Counted from the first letter of the stretch, positions 1 to 13,675 are shown. The stretch is DNA of 64,000 nt from the human T2T-CHM13v2.0 reference genome, Homo sapiens (GCF_009914755.1 NC_060929.1); one strand, 5' to 3'. Notes: generated from the sequence alone by a model not told the origin. Numbers and translations are program-made.

Positions 1-8
1 CTTAAAGC

Positions 9-356
9 ATGAGTTCATGTCCTTTACAGAGACGTGGATGAAGCTCGAAACCATCATCCTCAGCAAACTAACACAGTAACAGAAAACCAAACACTGCATG
101 TTCTCACTCATAAGTGGGAGTTGAACAATGAGAACACATGGACAAAGGGAGGGGAACATCACACACTGGGGCCTGTCAGGGGGTGGGGGGCAAGGGGAGG
201 GAGAGCATTAGGACAAATACCTAATGCATACAGGGCTTAAAACCTAGATGACAGGTTGATAGGTGCAGCAAACCACCATGGCATATGTATACCTGTGTAA
301 CGAACCTGCACGTTCTGAACGTGTATCCCAGAACTTAAAGTAAAATCATAAAAAAA
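9..356 (+). mobile_element. L1PA (L1PA7/8-like) 3' end with short A tail; may continue upstream of the window
   Basis: L1 3' end text ATGAGTTCATGTCCTTT...GTTCTCACTCATAAGTGGGAG...ACCTAGATGAC...CCCAGAACTTAAAGTAAAA followed by an A-rich tail. Confidence 0.93.
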
Positions 357-810
357 GGAATAGTAAGGAGTGTGAATCACATTCTGAAGAATGTAGGCTG
401 TGTGTTTAAAACTGTAAAGCAGACATCTTAGAAAGATGTTCTATCATGAATGGATTAGAGGGGATATGGGATTTAAGGCAGGGAGATGACCTAGGACCTA
501 TTTTAAAAATCTACGAAAGAAACAAAGATGACCCTGGGAATACAGATGGAAAGCCGTGATTCCCTGTTAAGTAGGGAAATCAAGACTTTTTAAATTCAGC
601 AACCAGCTACTCTTCCCGATGGGTTGGTAGGAAGGTTCCAATGGATATTAAAGGAGATGTGATGGGGAATAAAGAAAAGTTTGGGATCTTCGTGATTATC
701 TCATAGCCTGTTCCCTGTGTACTTCCAGGTGATGAATACATGCCTCTCTAAGATGTATCTATTGGTTCATAATAACATGATCGACTTCATTTGTTAAGAA
801 AACACAATTG

Positions 811-1162
<352 letters not shown>

Positions 1163-1487
1163 CTAGGAACATAAATTTAAATAGAGGATGCCTGTAGGGT
1201 TGTGAGCAGGATATGTGGATGAAGAAAAATCTGATGTGCTGTTTTCCTCTCTGTGTCTTGGAATTGCAAATGCAGTATTTCTGTCCTCTCTCTAACCTTC
1301 TTTCTCTTTGTTATTTACCTAAATGTTGTGATTTTCTGAAGATTGAGAATAAAGTCCTCCTCCTCATGATATTTCATCTATTGCAGGTGTATTTGGACAT
1401 AATGTAATACAAATCATAGGTAGTAAAAAAAAAACTGTGGTGTATTAATAAATTAATTTCCATTTTCTCTGACTTGACCAGAACTTA

Positions 1488-1595
1488 ATCTACGTAAGGG
1501 CAGGGATCTTTGTTAGTTCATGATGGACTTCCAACATCTAGGGCAGTGCCTAGCACAACTCAGGTACTCAAGATATATGTGTTGAATGAATGGAT
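1488..1595 (+). mobile_element. L2 3' end fragment
   Basis: AGGGCAGGGATC...CAGTGCCTAGCACA...ACTCAAGATATATGTGTTGAATGAATGGA resembles the L2a/b 3' terminus. Confidence 0.75.
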
Positions 1596-2525
1596 GTGGT
1601 CCTAATGCTTACGCACCATCTTACCATCACAAAATGATTGCTGTGTATGCCTGTCAGTCTATGGATGCAGACTTGAAAATGTCTCACAATTAGGATTACT
1701 GGCAAGTAAATGTTGTATATCACTTTTCTCTCCCATTTCTAGCATCAGACTGTTCTGTTTGTTTTCAAATTTAATTCAAATGTTCCTTAGAAACTCACAG
1801 ATGATTTCAGAAGAAGAATATTATTTTTTGCAAGTCAAAAAGAAGAATATTCAGCTGGAATCTTTAAGGTAATTTTCATTAAGCGTATTGTTTGATAGCA
1901 TGAAAACAGATGGAAAGAAAGCATCTTCCTCTCCTCTTTATGCTGCACTGGAAATAAAAAGTTAGAAAGTTGTCGTAAGATGAGGTCTATAATTAAAAAC
2001 AATTTAGGTTGACTTAACAGTTGGTTAAGCAATTCTTTCAGTTCCTTTTTGCATCATGAGAAACTAAGATGGAAGCTTTCTCTCTGAGTGTTAATTATTC
2101 TTTTTTATTACAGTCATGGCACATAAGATCTTCCTTGTGCTTCAGTCTTCTCTGTAATTCAATGTTATGGTTAAAACATTTATTTCTGCCTTGCCAAAGG
2201 TTTTGAATCTTCCACCAGGAAAACTGCTTCCACTTCTCATTAAGAATTTAGAAGCCAACAAATCTCTGATGGGCACCTCTGCTCCCAACGTGGCATCACT
2301 GCATCCTCTCCATTGACACCATCGCCAAGCCCCTTAACACTTGAGGATTTTTAAAAATTGCTGTGCACTTCATCAGGTCCACCTGACTATTTCTGTTTTC
2401 AGTATAAGGCAATGTGTTTTCTTTATGGAATACCTGGAGGCTACAAAAAATGCATACAGATAAAAATTAAAATTAACTATAGTTATATCATCAAGAGAAA
2501 TACTCAATTATTTCTGGAGATATAG

Positions 2526-2792
<267 letters not shown>

Positions 2793-3269
2793 TGGATATA
2801 CATTTTTGAAAATGTGTTTAACCAGATTTTATGTAGAGGTTTTATACTGTTGTAATCTGCATAGGGCTTTTCCTACTATACAGATATGTGCTTTGAAAGT
2901 GTCACTTAGCTCACAAATAGCAGTATCTTCTAAAAGTGGATGGAGGTTATTTAACCAACCCTTTAATATTGGATATGAATGTCATGCCATTAAAATGTTT
3001 TATCATAAGTAATGATGCTTTGATTATCTTTTCCAACACGTTTGTTTCTGTCTCTGGAAATTTCATCAACATACATTACTAAAGGTCTACATCTTTTAGG
3101 AACGGTTACTCATTATCAAAATGTTTTTTGCTTTTCCTCATTTTTGTAGAAACAATTATTTTCTCTTATCAGGGTGTTATATTAAGAGTGAGGGATTTAT
3201 CTCAGTAACATAAATCTTAAATGTCTTATAATTTAGTTGATTTTTGTTTGAACCAGAAGTTACAGCAAA

Positions 3270-3270
<1 letters not shown>

Positions 3271-3308
<38 letters not shown>
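3271..3308. repeat. (CA)19 microsatellite
   Basis: Perfect CA run. Confidence 0.98.
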
Positions 3309-3311
<3 letters not shown>

Positions 3312-3558
3312 CAAGCCTACATACCCAGAAACACAATTCTCTCTCTTTCTCCTCCTTCATTTAGAACTTTTCCTGACTTTGCTGACCCTTCTGGGGCTGA
3401 CACAATGCAGCTCTGAGCCACAATGCAAGCAGGGAGCATGGGAGCGGGCAGTGTGGGGTAATGGGTGTTGTCCTTGAGAGAGCTTTGCCCAGCTCCCTGA
3501 AGATGGTCCGTGAGACATGGTGCAGCCATTGTGCTTACTTCTGAAGTCAGGAGGTACG

Positions 3559-4046
3559 TGTTCTGGATTGAATTGTGTCCCCTCAAAATATATGTTGATT
3601 TCATAATCCCAAGTTCCTGTGAATTTAAACATATTTGGAAACAGGATCTTTGCAGATGTAATCAAGCTGAGATGAGGACATTAGGATGGGCCCTAATCCA
3701 ATTATGAGTGGGATCCTTATAAGAAAAGGAAAGAGACACAGACGTGCATCCTCGCAGGTCCACTTCCGAGCAAGATCAGACACAAGGGAAGTGTACCACG
3801 GAAAGATGAGGTAGAGATTGTAGTGATGCATCCTCAAGTCAAACAATGCAGGAACTGTCAGTAGCCACCAGAAGCTAAGGAAGAGGTGTCAGACAGGCTC
3901 TCCTCCAGAGCCTTCAGAGGCAGCAAGGCCCTACTGACACTTTGATGTTGGGCTTCAGCCTTCAGAAGAGCAAGAGAGTACATTCCAATTGTTCAATTGT
4001 ACCCAGTGTGTGGCACTTCCTTAGAACAGTTCCAGAAACTAGAACA
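3559..4046 (+). mobile_element. MLT1C-like MaLR solo LTR
   Basis: TG...GATTGAATTGTGTCCCCTCAAAAT, GATGTAATCAAG, CCACCAGAAGCT, ends GAAACTAGAACA. Confidence 0.85.
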
Positions 4047-7000
4047 GTATTCAGGCAGGCTGCTCAGCCAGGGCAGCATAATACTCCAGGAACCATCAAG
4101 AGAAACAAACCTGAAAATGCAGACATTCAGATCTTTCTCCCAGTCCTGGGTTTGTTAATTTCTACGTGGGCCTTACTGAAAGCTGATGAGATGCTGTGTC
4201 CTGTGTGCATCCACCCTATCTTGGCCCCATGCTGTAGATCACATAGGGAGGTCTTTTCCATTCATTTCTTTCAGGCCAGCATGTTTGAGATGCACACGCA
4301 ATTCCACAGCATTCTCACAGGTTCACCTCCAAGGTGGATCGGCCACTGGTGACACTGAGTCTTTTCTGTTAATTTCCACCAAGCACACACACCTGCCAAT
4401 AGATTCCAGGTGTTTCCATTGGTTTGTTTTCACTCACAGTGATAAAATGTCTACCTCTCTCCTCATTAAAAATAACAGTAGTATACTCTATATAATTTGA
4501 GTTAACAACGGTCTGAAAAAGAATGCTTGCAGCGTGAGGATTATTGCATTCTCTATGTTTTCTTCTACTTCACCCTGTCTCTGAGCTGCAGCTGTTTCTT
4601 TTTCCCATTGTCTTCCTCCTCCTCTTTGTCTTACTCACTGACTCTCTCCTCTTTTGCCCTCTGCTCTATCCTCCTCCTATGTTCCAAAATAGTTGCAAGT
4701 AATTTTTGCAAACTCTCTGCAAAATATTTGCAAAATAGTGGCAAAATATTTGCAAACTTTTATGAACTGCTTTTCAAGGAGAATAGGAACAGCTGCTTTT
4801 AAAGAATGCATATGAGGCTTAGACCTCACGAATTATATGTCCAGTGGATAGTGTAATGATTGGTAAATCTTACAAATGTTCACTATCTTACTGTCTAAGT
4901 CATGGTATATGGCCAGCAGCATGTGAACTCGCATTTCAATTAAAACTTATTAGAATAATATTAGAAATCAATAGAAACTACATTTCTATTAATGCTTTAC
5001 CAAAATACCCCCTTTGTTGATTTAATTAACATTCTTCTTTACAGACTAGGTGAAATACAGAAAAGAAGTTTAAAATAACAATTCAATCTTGAAAGACTTT
5101 AGAAAACAAAAGCACACATATCACCTTACTGGAGTCACAGCACTTGGAAATAGGAATAGAACCTTTGGATCTTTAGGTTACCTAAGGTATAAAAAGTTTT
5201 ACAGGAATGCAAACAAATTTCAAAGAACTGTTTATGTATAAAGTATATAAAAATTGATTTCCATAGAACCAATTTGTTCTATGGAAATCAATAGAACCAA
5301 CTGGGCTGTTCTAAACAACCCAATATAAGTCACCTTGGCTTACAGCTTCAAAAAGGAATAGAACTACATTTGAATTCTGGGTTTAAAAGTGGCCAGAATC
5401 ATGATAGAGGAGCAGGAGGATGAGTACTTTTCTCTTTGTCCAGGATAGGATTGGCTTCACCTGTCTACCCCTAGACCGGTGATTGCCAGAGCTTCACATC
5501 CACCTTTTGCCCAGGGACAGAAACAAATCTTGATCCAGACCCACTGATTACCAACTGGGTAGATGAAGTCTAACTCAGTGACGGACCCAGAGGCCACGAA
5601 TGGGTTAAAATAACAGTGTTCAATTGAGACAACTCTCAGATAATAAAACAAACCATTAGGTTGAGAAAAGAATGTCAGCATGATGTAGAGAGTCCCTTTA
5701 GAATCAGTGATTCTATAGATTATGAAAAGTATAAAGGAAATTTCCCAGGTGCAGGCATTTCATTCTGTGTCAATTTGTTGATTGGACACAGTTAAGGGGT
5801 CATTTTTCTATGATGGAGCTGGACCACTGGGCAGAGAATCCCATTTCTGCCTGTTAGCACCCATAAAACATACAATTGTGAACCCTAAAAATATTGGAAT
5901 GTACCCATGAAGTCTTATGTATCTAGAACATGTCCGGGGTCATGGTTCTCTCAATTGAATCTGGATGTCTGAGTGAGAAGTTACTGATCTTATTATGGTA
6001 AACTGGAGGGAAAATGTCACTACAGGACCAAAAACTAAAACCTTCTAATGATTTTTGGCTTTCCTCTCTTTCAGTGTATGTTCAAAGGCATATGAGAAAG
6101 ACACGATAAGAAGAAGGTAAAGGCGTTCTTATTACTGTCTTTTCTTAGCTTCATTGACAGGTCTTGCCATGAAGATTATACAGGACAATCTGTGAGAGTA
6201 GAAATCTGTTGTATGCTCTTTACACGATCCCTCATAGCAAAGCCCCCATCCCTAAGAAGCCTAGCACTTCCTCTTTGGTGCTGAAGAAATATCATCATCA
6301 CCTGGCTCTACTTTGAATATTAGTTACACTGATTTACACCCATTTTCTCAACTGTCAGAACCCCCTGCCCCAATTATCCTATGTGGAAAGACCGTTTTTG
6401 AACAGTTTTTTTTTTTCATTAAAAACACAGTTAGTTTGATAATCTGATAGAAGCATAAGAATCTTTGCTTAAGTTCTTATTTCTGTCACCACAAACAAAT
6501 TTGCCACTTGCGTTCACTCTTTTTTGACCATAATCCCTTCTGACTCATTATTTAAGACTGAAGAGTGGATAAAGCCTTTCTTCATTTTCTTAAGTGCTCT
6601 GAGGACTTAAGCACTCATCGGAGCCCGAGCTCTTCAAATGTGCTGAGTAGCCATCTCTGAAGAGAGGGTTGCATAGGAGCTGAAATGTTTCACGCAATCA
6701 GCGACCTTTTATGCAGAGATCACAAATGCACCACCATCCTACCTTCCAATTCCTGGACGTAAACTCCCCCCACTGCAGACTTCCCCAAGGCTCACGTAGG
6801 CCCACGTCCACTTTATTTCAGGCATAGGTGAGTTCAGGAACCCACCCTCTGCTCTTCCATCTTTTTGTCCAGGTTGATCAGAGACTTCCCCGTGGCAAGT
6901 AGGGATGAGTTCTCACGATGGAGCTGCACAATCTGAGTTGGCCAGCAAAGATTAAGGTTGATCATGGACCTTCTGGAAGGTTCTGAGTGTAGACAACCTG

Positions 7001-7954
7001 GCTTAAAAATGTTAAACAGGAGCTCAAAAAAAATTTAGCCCCTCTCTCAGACCTAATTAAGATCGCGGCACTCATCCATGCCCAAGAACCTTTTATCATC
7101 TCTCTCTTTTACAAAGAGAGCCTCTCTGCTGTGTTTTTTCTGCGATGTCTCCTTTCACAAAAGCAGCCAGTTTGTGCATTCATGTCTAGGGTAAGGAAGT
7201 CTTCTTGTAATCAACTGAACTGATCCCACAGATTTGGCAGAGGGGAATTCTTGCAGGCAACTGAGCTCTCACTCACAGCTTTGAGTTTAAGATTGCAGCT
7301 TACACTGTCAAAACGCATGCTGATTTGATCCTCTTTCTTATAGGGCTGGATCCATAGAAAAGCTAGCTCTGTTGTGCTGATAAAGGCCTATTCAATGTGG
7401 GGTCTGACCCACGGAGACCGCCAGCCGGGGCTGAAGTGGAGCTCCTGCACCCCCTACAGTCCAGATCGTGGAAATTCATCACAATGGCTGCCTTTTTTTT
7501 TTTTAATGACTCACAACTGTATCAATGAGTGATTTATGTATTATGAAGTGTTAGAGAGTTTAAGAGAGCTTTATTTATGAAGGCCCCAAAGTCTCTGATA
7601 TATGAAGGAGGAAAAATATTTCTCTCTCTCCAGTGCTCAAGCCGCTGTGGATCCCCTGGGCCCAGGCATGGAGGACGCTCTTCTTGGGGGATTGGCCCCT
7701 CCCGGGAGGTGAGCTCTCTGCCCCGCAGGGAACTCTACACCGTGTCTCAATGCAACATCACCCGGGTTTCAGCACCAGCCTAGGTTGTCACTTTCTCAGC
7801 AGTTCGGAGGAAAAAACTGTTGAGAAGCTTCTGGCAGGCAGACAGAGCTGGGATTCGAGCCTCTCTTTTATCCAAGAGCTGACCTTTGCTGTGTGTCAGC
7901 GAGGCTTGAAACCAGCCTCTCACTGACAAGAATGAGGGGGTGAAAGTGAAAAGG

Positions 7955-7955
<1 letters not shown>

Positions 7956-7987
<32 letters not shown>

Positions 7988-7997
7988 TGTGTGTGTA
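7956..7997. repeat. (TG)n microsatellite, one interruption
   Basis: TG run with a single TTTG interruption. Confidence 0.95.
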
Positions 7998-8087
7998 TTT
8001 GTTACACACAGATTCCAGCTTCTAGGCCCAAATCCAAAGCTTCCGTTGTCAGCTCTGCCTGTCAGTTCTGAGCAAGGCAAGTGAGGT

Positions 8088-8151
8088 TGGGTGCTGAGTG
8101 AGAGCGGGGGGCTCCTGGCTGGGCGCTGAGTGAGAGCGGGGGGCTCCTGGA
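8088..8151. repeat. 32-bp tandem duplication (2 copies)
   Basis: TGGG(T/C)GCTGAGTGAGAGCGGGGGGCTCCTGG at 8088 and 8120. Confidence 0.92.
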
Positions 8152-10365
8152 TCGGGGTGGATGGTCTTCTGTCTCTCCGGGGCTCATGTGAGCAGAGAGT
8201 GGCCTTTTCAAGCCAGGCCCAAAGAGACACATGGAAACGTCACATGGAAATGCCAGAAAAAAAACTGACTTGTCCTATCCAGTTAGCTGTGTCTCCTTTT
8301 GGACACTAAAAGGAAGTAGCTTTGTGAGAAGTCCCGTCCCTCCCCATCAGAATAAACTGGCCATGGTTGCTCTGCTACATCAACTTGCCAGTGATCCCTA
8401 AGGCCTGGCTTAGAGCTGCTGTGCTGATGGGGACATGCTATTAAATCCGGTCAACGGTGTGTGTGGAGCCTGCTCCATGGCCAGCACCCTATTGGGTCAT
8501 CACCCCGACCATGGAGGACAGAGGGTGCCATCCCTAGAGATGCTTTCAGGTAGGATACAGCCATGAGCTGTCCACGTGTTCATCGCTTTGGGCGGCACCT
8601 ATGCCTTGTCCCACGTGACAGGTTTCCCTTCCTCTAGAATAGCAACGACTCCTATGAAGAAAGCACATCCTTAGCTTTCAACTGGAAAGACTGAAGTTTA
8701 TCCTGCAGCCACAAAGTCACCTCTCTCTCATGGGCCTACTTGGCCGATGCCATCCTGAGAGAGCTCCATAACTGTTTCCAGTACCCTTAGAGCCACTTCA
8801 TAACAACTTCCAGTATGGAAAGAAGTGCTCAGTGGAGTTTTCGTGTGCTTACTGTCATGGTCATATTTTGATTGCACTTCAAATATGCAGTTCCAATAGC
8901 TTCTTAGCATAACTCCCGAATCTGAAGAGTGTTAAGTACTTACAATACCACCAACAGCTCAAGGAGCACAAGGTTTCTTACATAATTACAAGGAATTACT
9001 ATGTCTTTTTTGTATTTTTAAAAAATGAAATAGGATTTTACTCGCCACAGAAAAAATAAACCTGGGGAATTATATGAAGCAAAAGATCAATGTTGTCCTT
9101 TGAATCTCTCCATCCTGCTCAGAGGAAACCAATGGTAACGCTTTGCTTCTATTGTTTGAACTGCAACTTTTGATGAAGCTTCCAGAAACCCCATCAGGAC
9201 TCAACTTAGGATATGTCAACAGTGAGGGGATGGTTTTCCATCCAAGCGACAAAAAGCCTTAAGGAAAAGCAATGACAAATCCCCCGAGCAATGTATTTCT
9301 GAAATTTCCCACACAACATCATCCCAATCTGCATATATTTTTATATCTACAATTAGAAAACAGAAGTCAAGTACGTGGTCATCATTTTACTTGATGACCC
9401 ACATATCTTTCACCAGAAGTTTGAGTTTTCTTCACAGAATTTTCGTGACAAAGAAACCTGGAAAATATCCACATACAGAAGCACTGACTAATTTGTATAA
9501 GAATGCATGAAATTAAAGGTCTATATAAGAACATCTTGTAAAATGCGATAAAACACAATGTATAAAACACAGTGTAAAGCAAAAATACGTTTTCTGCAAA
9601 TAAATTATGCTCCCAAAGAACGAACGGATTCAAAATGCAAAGAGCACCTAAATAAAGCGTTTTCTGGAAACTGCAGGAGGGTTTTAAGAGTGCTTCTCAG
9701 TAGGCAGGGAATCCTATTTTGCAGAGCTATAAAAGTTGCTTTCTCTTTTAACCTCAGAGAAGTTCTAAAAAAAATTCCTCCAGATTCTTGAACCTGCTGA
9801 GAGTCTGCAAAAAATCCAAACAAACATTAAATTGTCCTTGTGGTACATCCATTTTTAAGAGTTTATGATAAAACTTACTCTAGAGACAAATAATGCCTAT
9901 GCTATGATTTATGTAGGTAAATAAATAACTTAAAAGGCAAACAACAAGATGTGCTGGAAGGAGAATTGAGGTAGTTCCGAATCCTGCAGCTATTGCAGAA
10001 AATAACACTTGCTCTACCTTACACATTAAACACATTCTACATTATTTTAGGAAAGAAAAATAGCCCATCTGAGCCTTATTTATTTAAACATTGACAACAG
10101 AAAGACAATATCTGGGTAAGTCAATGGAGACATCACAGGAAATATGGTGACAGAATTCGAAATGGAGACCACAGAGAGCCAACAGCCACAGAAAGGCAGA
10201 ATCAGGCACAGGATTCAGGTGAAGGGAATCTTCATTTATTTTTTAGCATTTCTCTTAAAAGTATCTCAAAATCCTTTATATAGATTAGAAGATTAATTGC
10301 TGTCATATATGGAGAGTTAAAAGGCAAGAACATATTGATCTCTTTATTTTATAGATAGAACATTG

Positions 10366-10729
10366 GGAATACTATGCAGCCATAAAAAATGATGAGTTCA
10401 TGTCCTTTGTAGGGACATGGATGAAATTGGAAATCATCATTCTCAGTAAACTATCGCAAGAACAAAAAACCAAACACCGCATATTCTCACTCATAGGTGG
10501 GAATTGAACAATGAGATCACATGGACACAGGAAGGGGAATATCACACTCTGGGGACTGTGGTGGGGTGGGGGGAGGGGGGAGGGATAGCATTGGGAGATA
10601 TACCTAATGCTAGATGACGAGTTAGTGGGTGCAGCGCACCAGCATGGCACATGTATACATATGTAACTAACCTGCACAATGTGCACATGTACCCTAAAAC
10701 TTAAAGTATAAAAAAAAAATTAAAAAAAA
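10366..10729 (+). mobile_element. Young 5'-truncated L1PA2-type (non-Ta) insertion
   Basis: Near-consensus 3' end with GAGATCAC, AATATCAC, GATGACGAGTTAG (GAG, not Ta ACA) and CTTAAAGTAT; poly-A; TSD AGAACATTG at 10357-10365 and 10730-10738. Confidence 0.95.
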
Positions 10730-10744
10730 AGAACATTGCAGATA

Positions 10745-11700
10745 AATGTAAAATGCTTTTGTTCATCAAATAATTCTATTAAGAGAGGAAAAAAGCAAGC
10801 CACAGAGTGAGAGAAGATATTTTAAATGCATATATTTGATAAAGGTTTCATATATAACTCTTTAACTTCAATAAGAAGAGGACAGAATAATTGAAAATGG
10901 ATGAGACTTTAGTCACAGTGCACAAGAAGTCTTCTAAATGTCTCTTAAACTTATGAAAAGACACGTCTCATTAGTCATCAGGAAAAAGCAAATTGAGGGT
11001 ATAATTACATACTATTGCATAATGAGTACAATGTTTAATTTAAAAAAAAATCAATAAACAAGTGTTTGTGAACACGGGGCATGGCTAGAACTCCACTCAA
11101 ATTCTCAGATATTGCTAGTGAGAGTGAAAATTGGCACAGCCACTTTGAAAACTTATGTGGTGGTACTTACGAATGCTGTGTACATGTAGGGCTGTGATCC
11201 AGCGATCCCCTTCTGAGGTATATATCTGAAAAAAAATGAGTACATATGTGTTCCATTGAAGAGATACATGTAAGAGTATTCATAGCCACAGCATTATTCA
11301 TGTTAGCCTCAAACTGGAAGCAACCCAAATGTGCATCAACAGTAGAACACACACATATATTGTGGTGATTTCATCCTGTGGGGTACTATACAACACTGAA
11401 AATGAATCCACATCTGCCACTTGAAATAACAAGGGATAAGTCTCACAAAGGAAGGGGAAGAATCCAGATTCTGAAACATTCAGTAATTCCAACTAAGACA
11501 CCTAATCTGTGTGATCAGAAATCAGAAGAATGACAGAGGGGAAGAGTACAGGAATAATGCTAGATGAAGGAGGATTCTGGAATGCAGATCATTGCATTCA
11601 ATATCCATATCTCAAGTTGAGAGGAAACCGCATGGGTCTGTGGACTTGGTGAAAACACATTAAGCTGACATTTTTAATGTGTGTGTTTCATTCTATGCAT
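10745..11700 (+). mobile_element. Old L1M (L1ME-like) ORF2 C-terminus/3' UTR fossil
   Basis: Degenerate L1 motifs: AAGCCACAGAGTGAGAGAAGATATTT, CATTAGTCATCAGGAAA, GATCCAGCGATCCCCTTCT, AAACTGGAAGCAACCCAAATGT. Confidence 0.8.
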
Positions 11701-12409
11701 GAAGAACACGTTCGGGGTCCTTAAGCAGTTTCATGCACCTCACGGGGCAAGCTCCACAGCTATGACTGGTCATTTTCTAGGATGTTCTACCCAGTTCTCT
11801 GCTCCATGAGAGACAGATATCTCAGGAAATTCTTCACAAAAACACTGGGAAAACCCTTCAATTGTCATAAGGCTTGAGGGTGTGATTGTTCTTTAGAAGC
11901 TCAAACTGGGAAGTGTTGGGAACATACCACTGAAAACTTTCAATAGTGAGAGAGGTGTGGCTGAGCGCGCACCCTGGGACTCACAGGGATTCTTGAAACC
12001 AAATTTTCTACAAAGAAAATATTCTAAGTTTCATTCTCTTTGTGTCTTGAGACAGCAGAGTATAGCAGGAACACCACTGTATTGCGCACGGTAGCCCCGT
12101 GGCTTCTTGTTTCTGAAACGTGGGCAATCCATTCACCTCTTTACGCATCTGAAGTTAGGGACTTCGGTGCCTTGGCCCATAGCTGTTTTTTCACTTAGTG
12201 GAGGCAGGGTGCAGAAAAACACTCAGGCCCTTGTCACTTCTGACATTGGCTGAACTAAGGATCACTTTAAGAGATTAAAAAAAGGCAAGCAGAAATTCTG
12301 ATGGCCAACGGATGAAAATACCCCTATTCCTGTTCAACAGCGATATCAGTGTTTTGGATGTGTTTCTTTCTCCTATTCTCCTATTTTGTTTTTATTGTCT
12401 TTGTTTCCC

Positions 12410-12530
12410 CAAAGTGTTCATTCCATGAGAAGAGAGGTGTTATCTGTTTTATCACTGAACCAACAACACCCTGCAGTGTCAGCCTCACAGGATATACTCA
12501 GTAAATACCTGCTGAGTAGATGGAAGGATA
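12410..12530 (+). mobile_element. L2 3' end fragment
   Basis: TTCCATGAG...TCTGTTTTATCACTG...ACTCAGTAAATACCTGCTGAGTAGATGGA. Confidence 0.6.
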
Positions 12531-13277
12531 AATCACCAAGTCATACTGTTTCCCCCTCTTCTGGGTGGAAATATCTTCCGCTTCATGTGTGGAGCAAAAG
12601 ATGAATATATCACAACTGCCATTAAAATGGAATTTTTACTTTTCTATTTACAGCTATACTCCTTATGCCTATCATTTTTTAAACATTTTTATTCAACTAC
12701 TTCCGAAAGTGTTTTATTTCCCCTTGACTTGTGTAGAATTAGGAATTTTTCTTAAACAAAGGTAGACCATTGAGGACCACTGAGCCCATAGCCGACTGTC
12801 ATCTCACCCTCACTCTGGTGGGCATAGCCTCACCTGTGTTTTAATCAATGCAGAATAGACATGAACTTGTCTAGGAGTAAAGACATTCAACTAAACAGCT
12901 TGTCACCACAGATGGGCATCACGCAAACCAAATCTACTCATTACTATCTTTTCCTAAATGATCCTAACCCTTATTAGCTCAAAGTTAGCATATTTTGGAA
13001 CTCTCTAAGTTAAGACTAAAAGGTACTGATTATTTAGATTGTTTCTAATGGGGCCTTTCAGATTGATTATCTTTTGAGTAAGTCAAATAATGATTTTGAT
13101 TCTTTCTATTGAATTGACATGTTTTTGTCAGGATTCAATAAGCTATTTAACTGACAGGTCTAGAGATCTGAGTCTGTCAGGCACTTTGCTAGAGATTTTT
13201 ATATCTTTTCTCTCATTAACTTTAACTAAATGGATTCATGGAAAAGAGATAATATTATTACTCTCCAGCTACTGTAC

Positions 13278-13675
13278 AAGTTAGGATTATATTAAGGTGT
13301 AAGTAATAGAGGAAAAAAACTAAACTAGGGTGGTTCGATAAGATGTAATTTTTCTCTCTCTCTTATTTAAGAAGTCTGACAGATGTCAGTTTAAGACAGG
13401 TGAGGTCCTCTTAGTTGTAAGTGACCTGGGCCCTGCCTGGAGAATACTTCATGGCTCAAGATAGCTGCTGAATTCCAGCCATTAAAGATGCATATATCAC
13501 TTTCTTATACATTGGTCAGAATGAGTCACATGGCTCCATCTATTTGTGAAGGATGCTGTGAAATGTGGCATCTGTTGTGAGGAGCCATGTGACCAGCTAT
13601 AAGGGGAGGGGGTGTAAAATTACTAAGAAAAAAGTAAAAAAGGGATATTGGAGGTTGTTAGACATCTTTGCCACA
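13278..13675 (-). mobile_element. Old MaLR LTR (MLT1J/K/L-like)
   Basis: CAAGATAGCTGCTG...TCCAGCCAT, CATTGGTCAGAA...GTCACATGGC; ends TGCCACA (TGTGGCA LTR start on minus). Confidence 0.65.
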
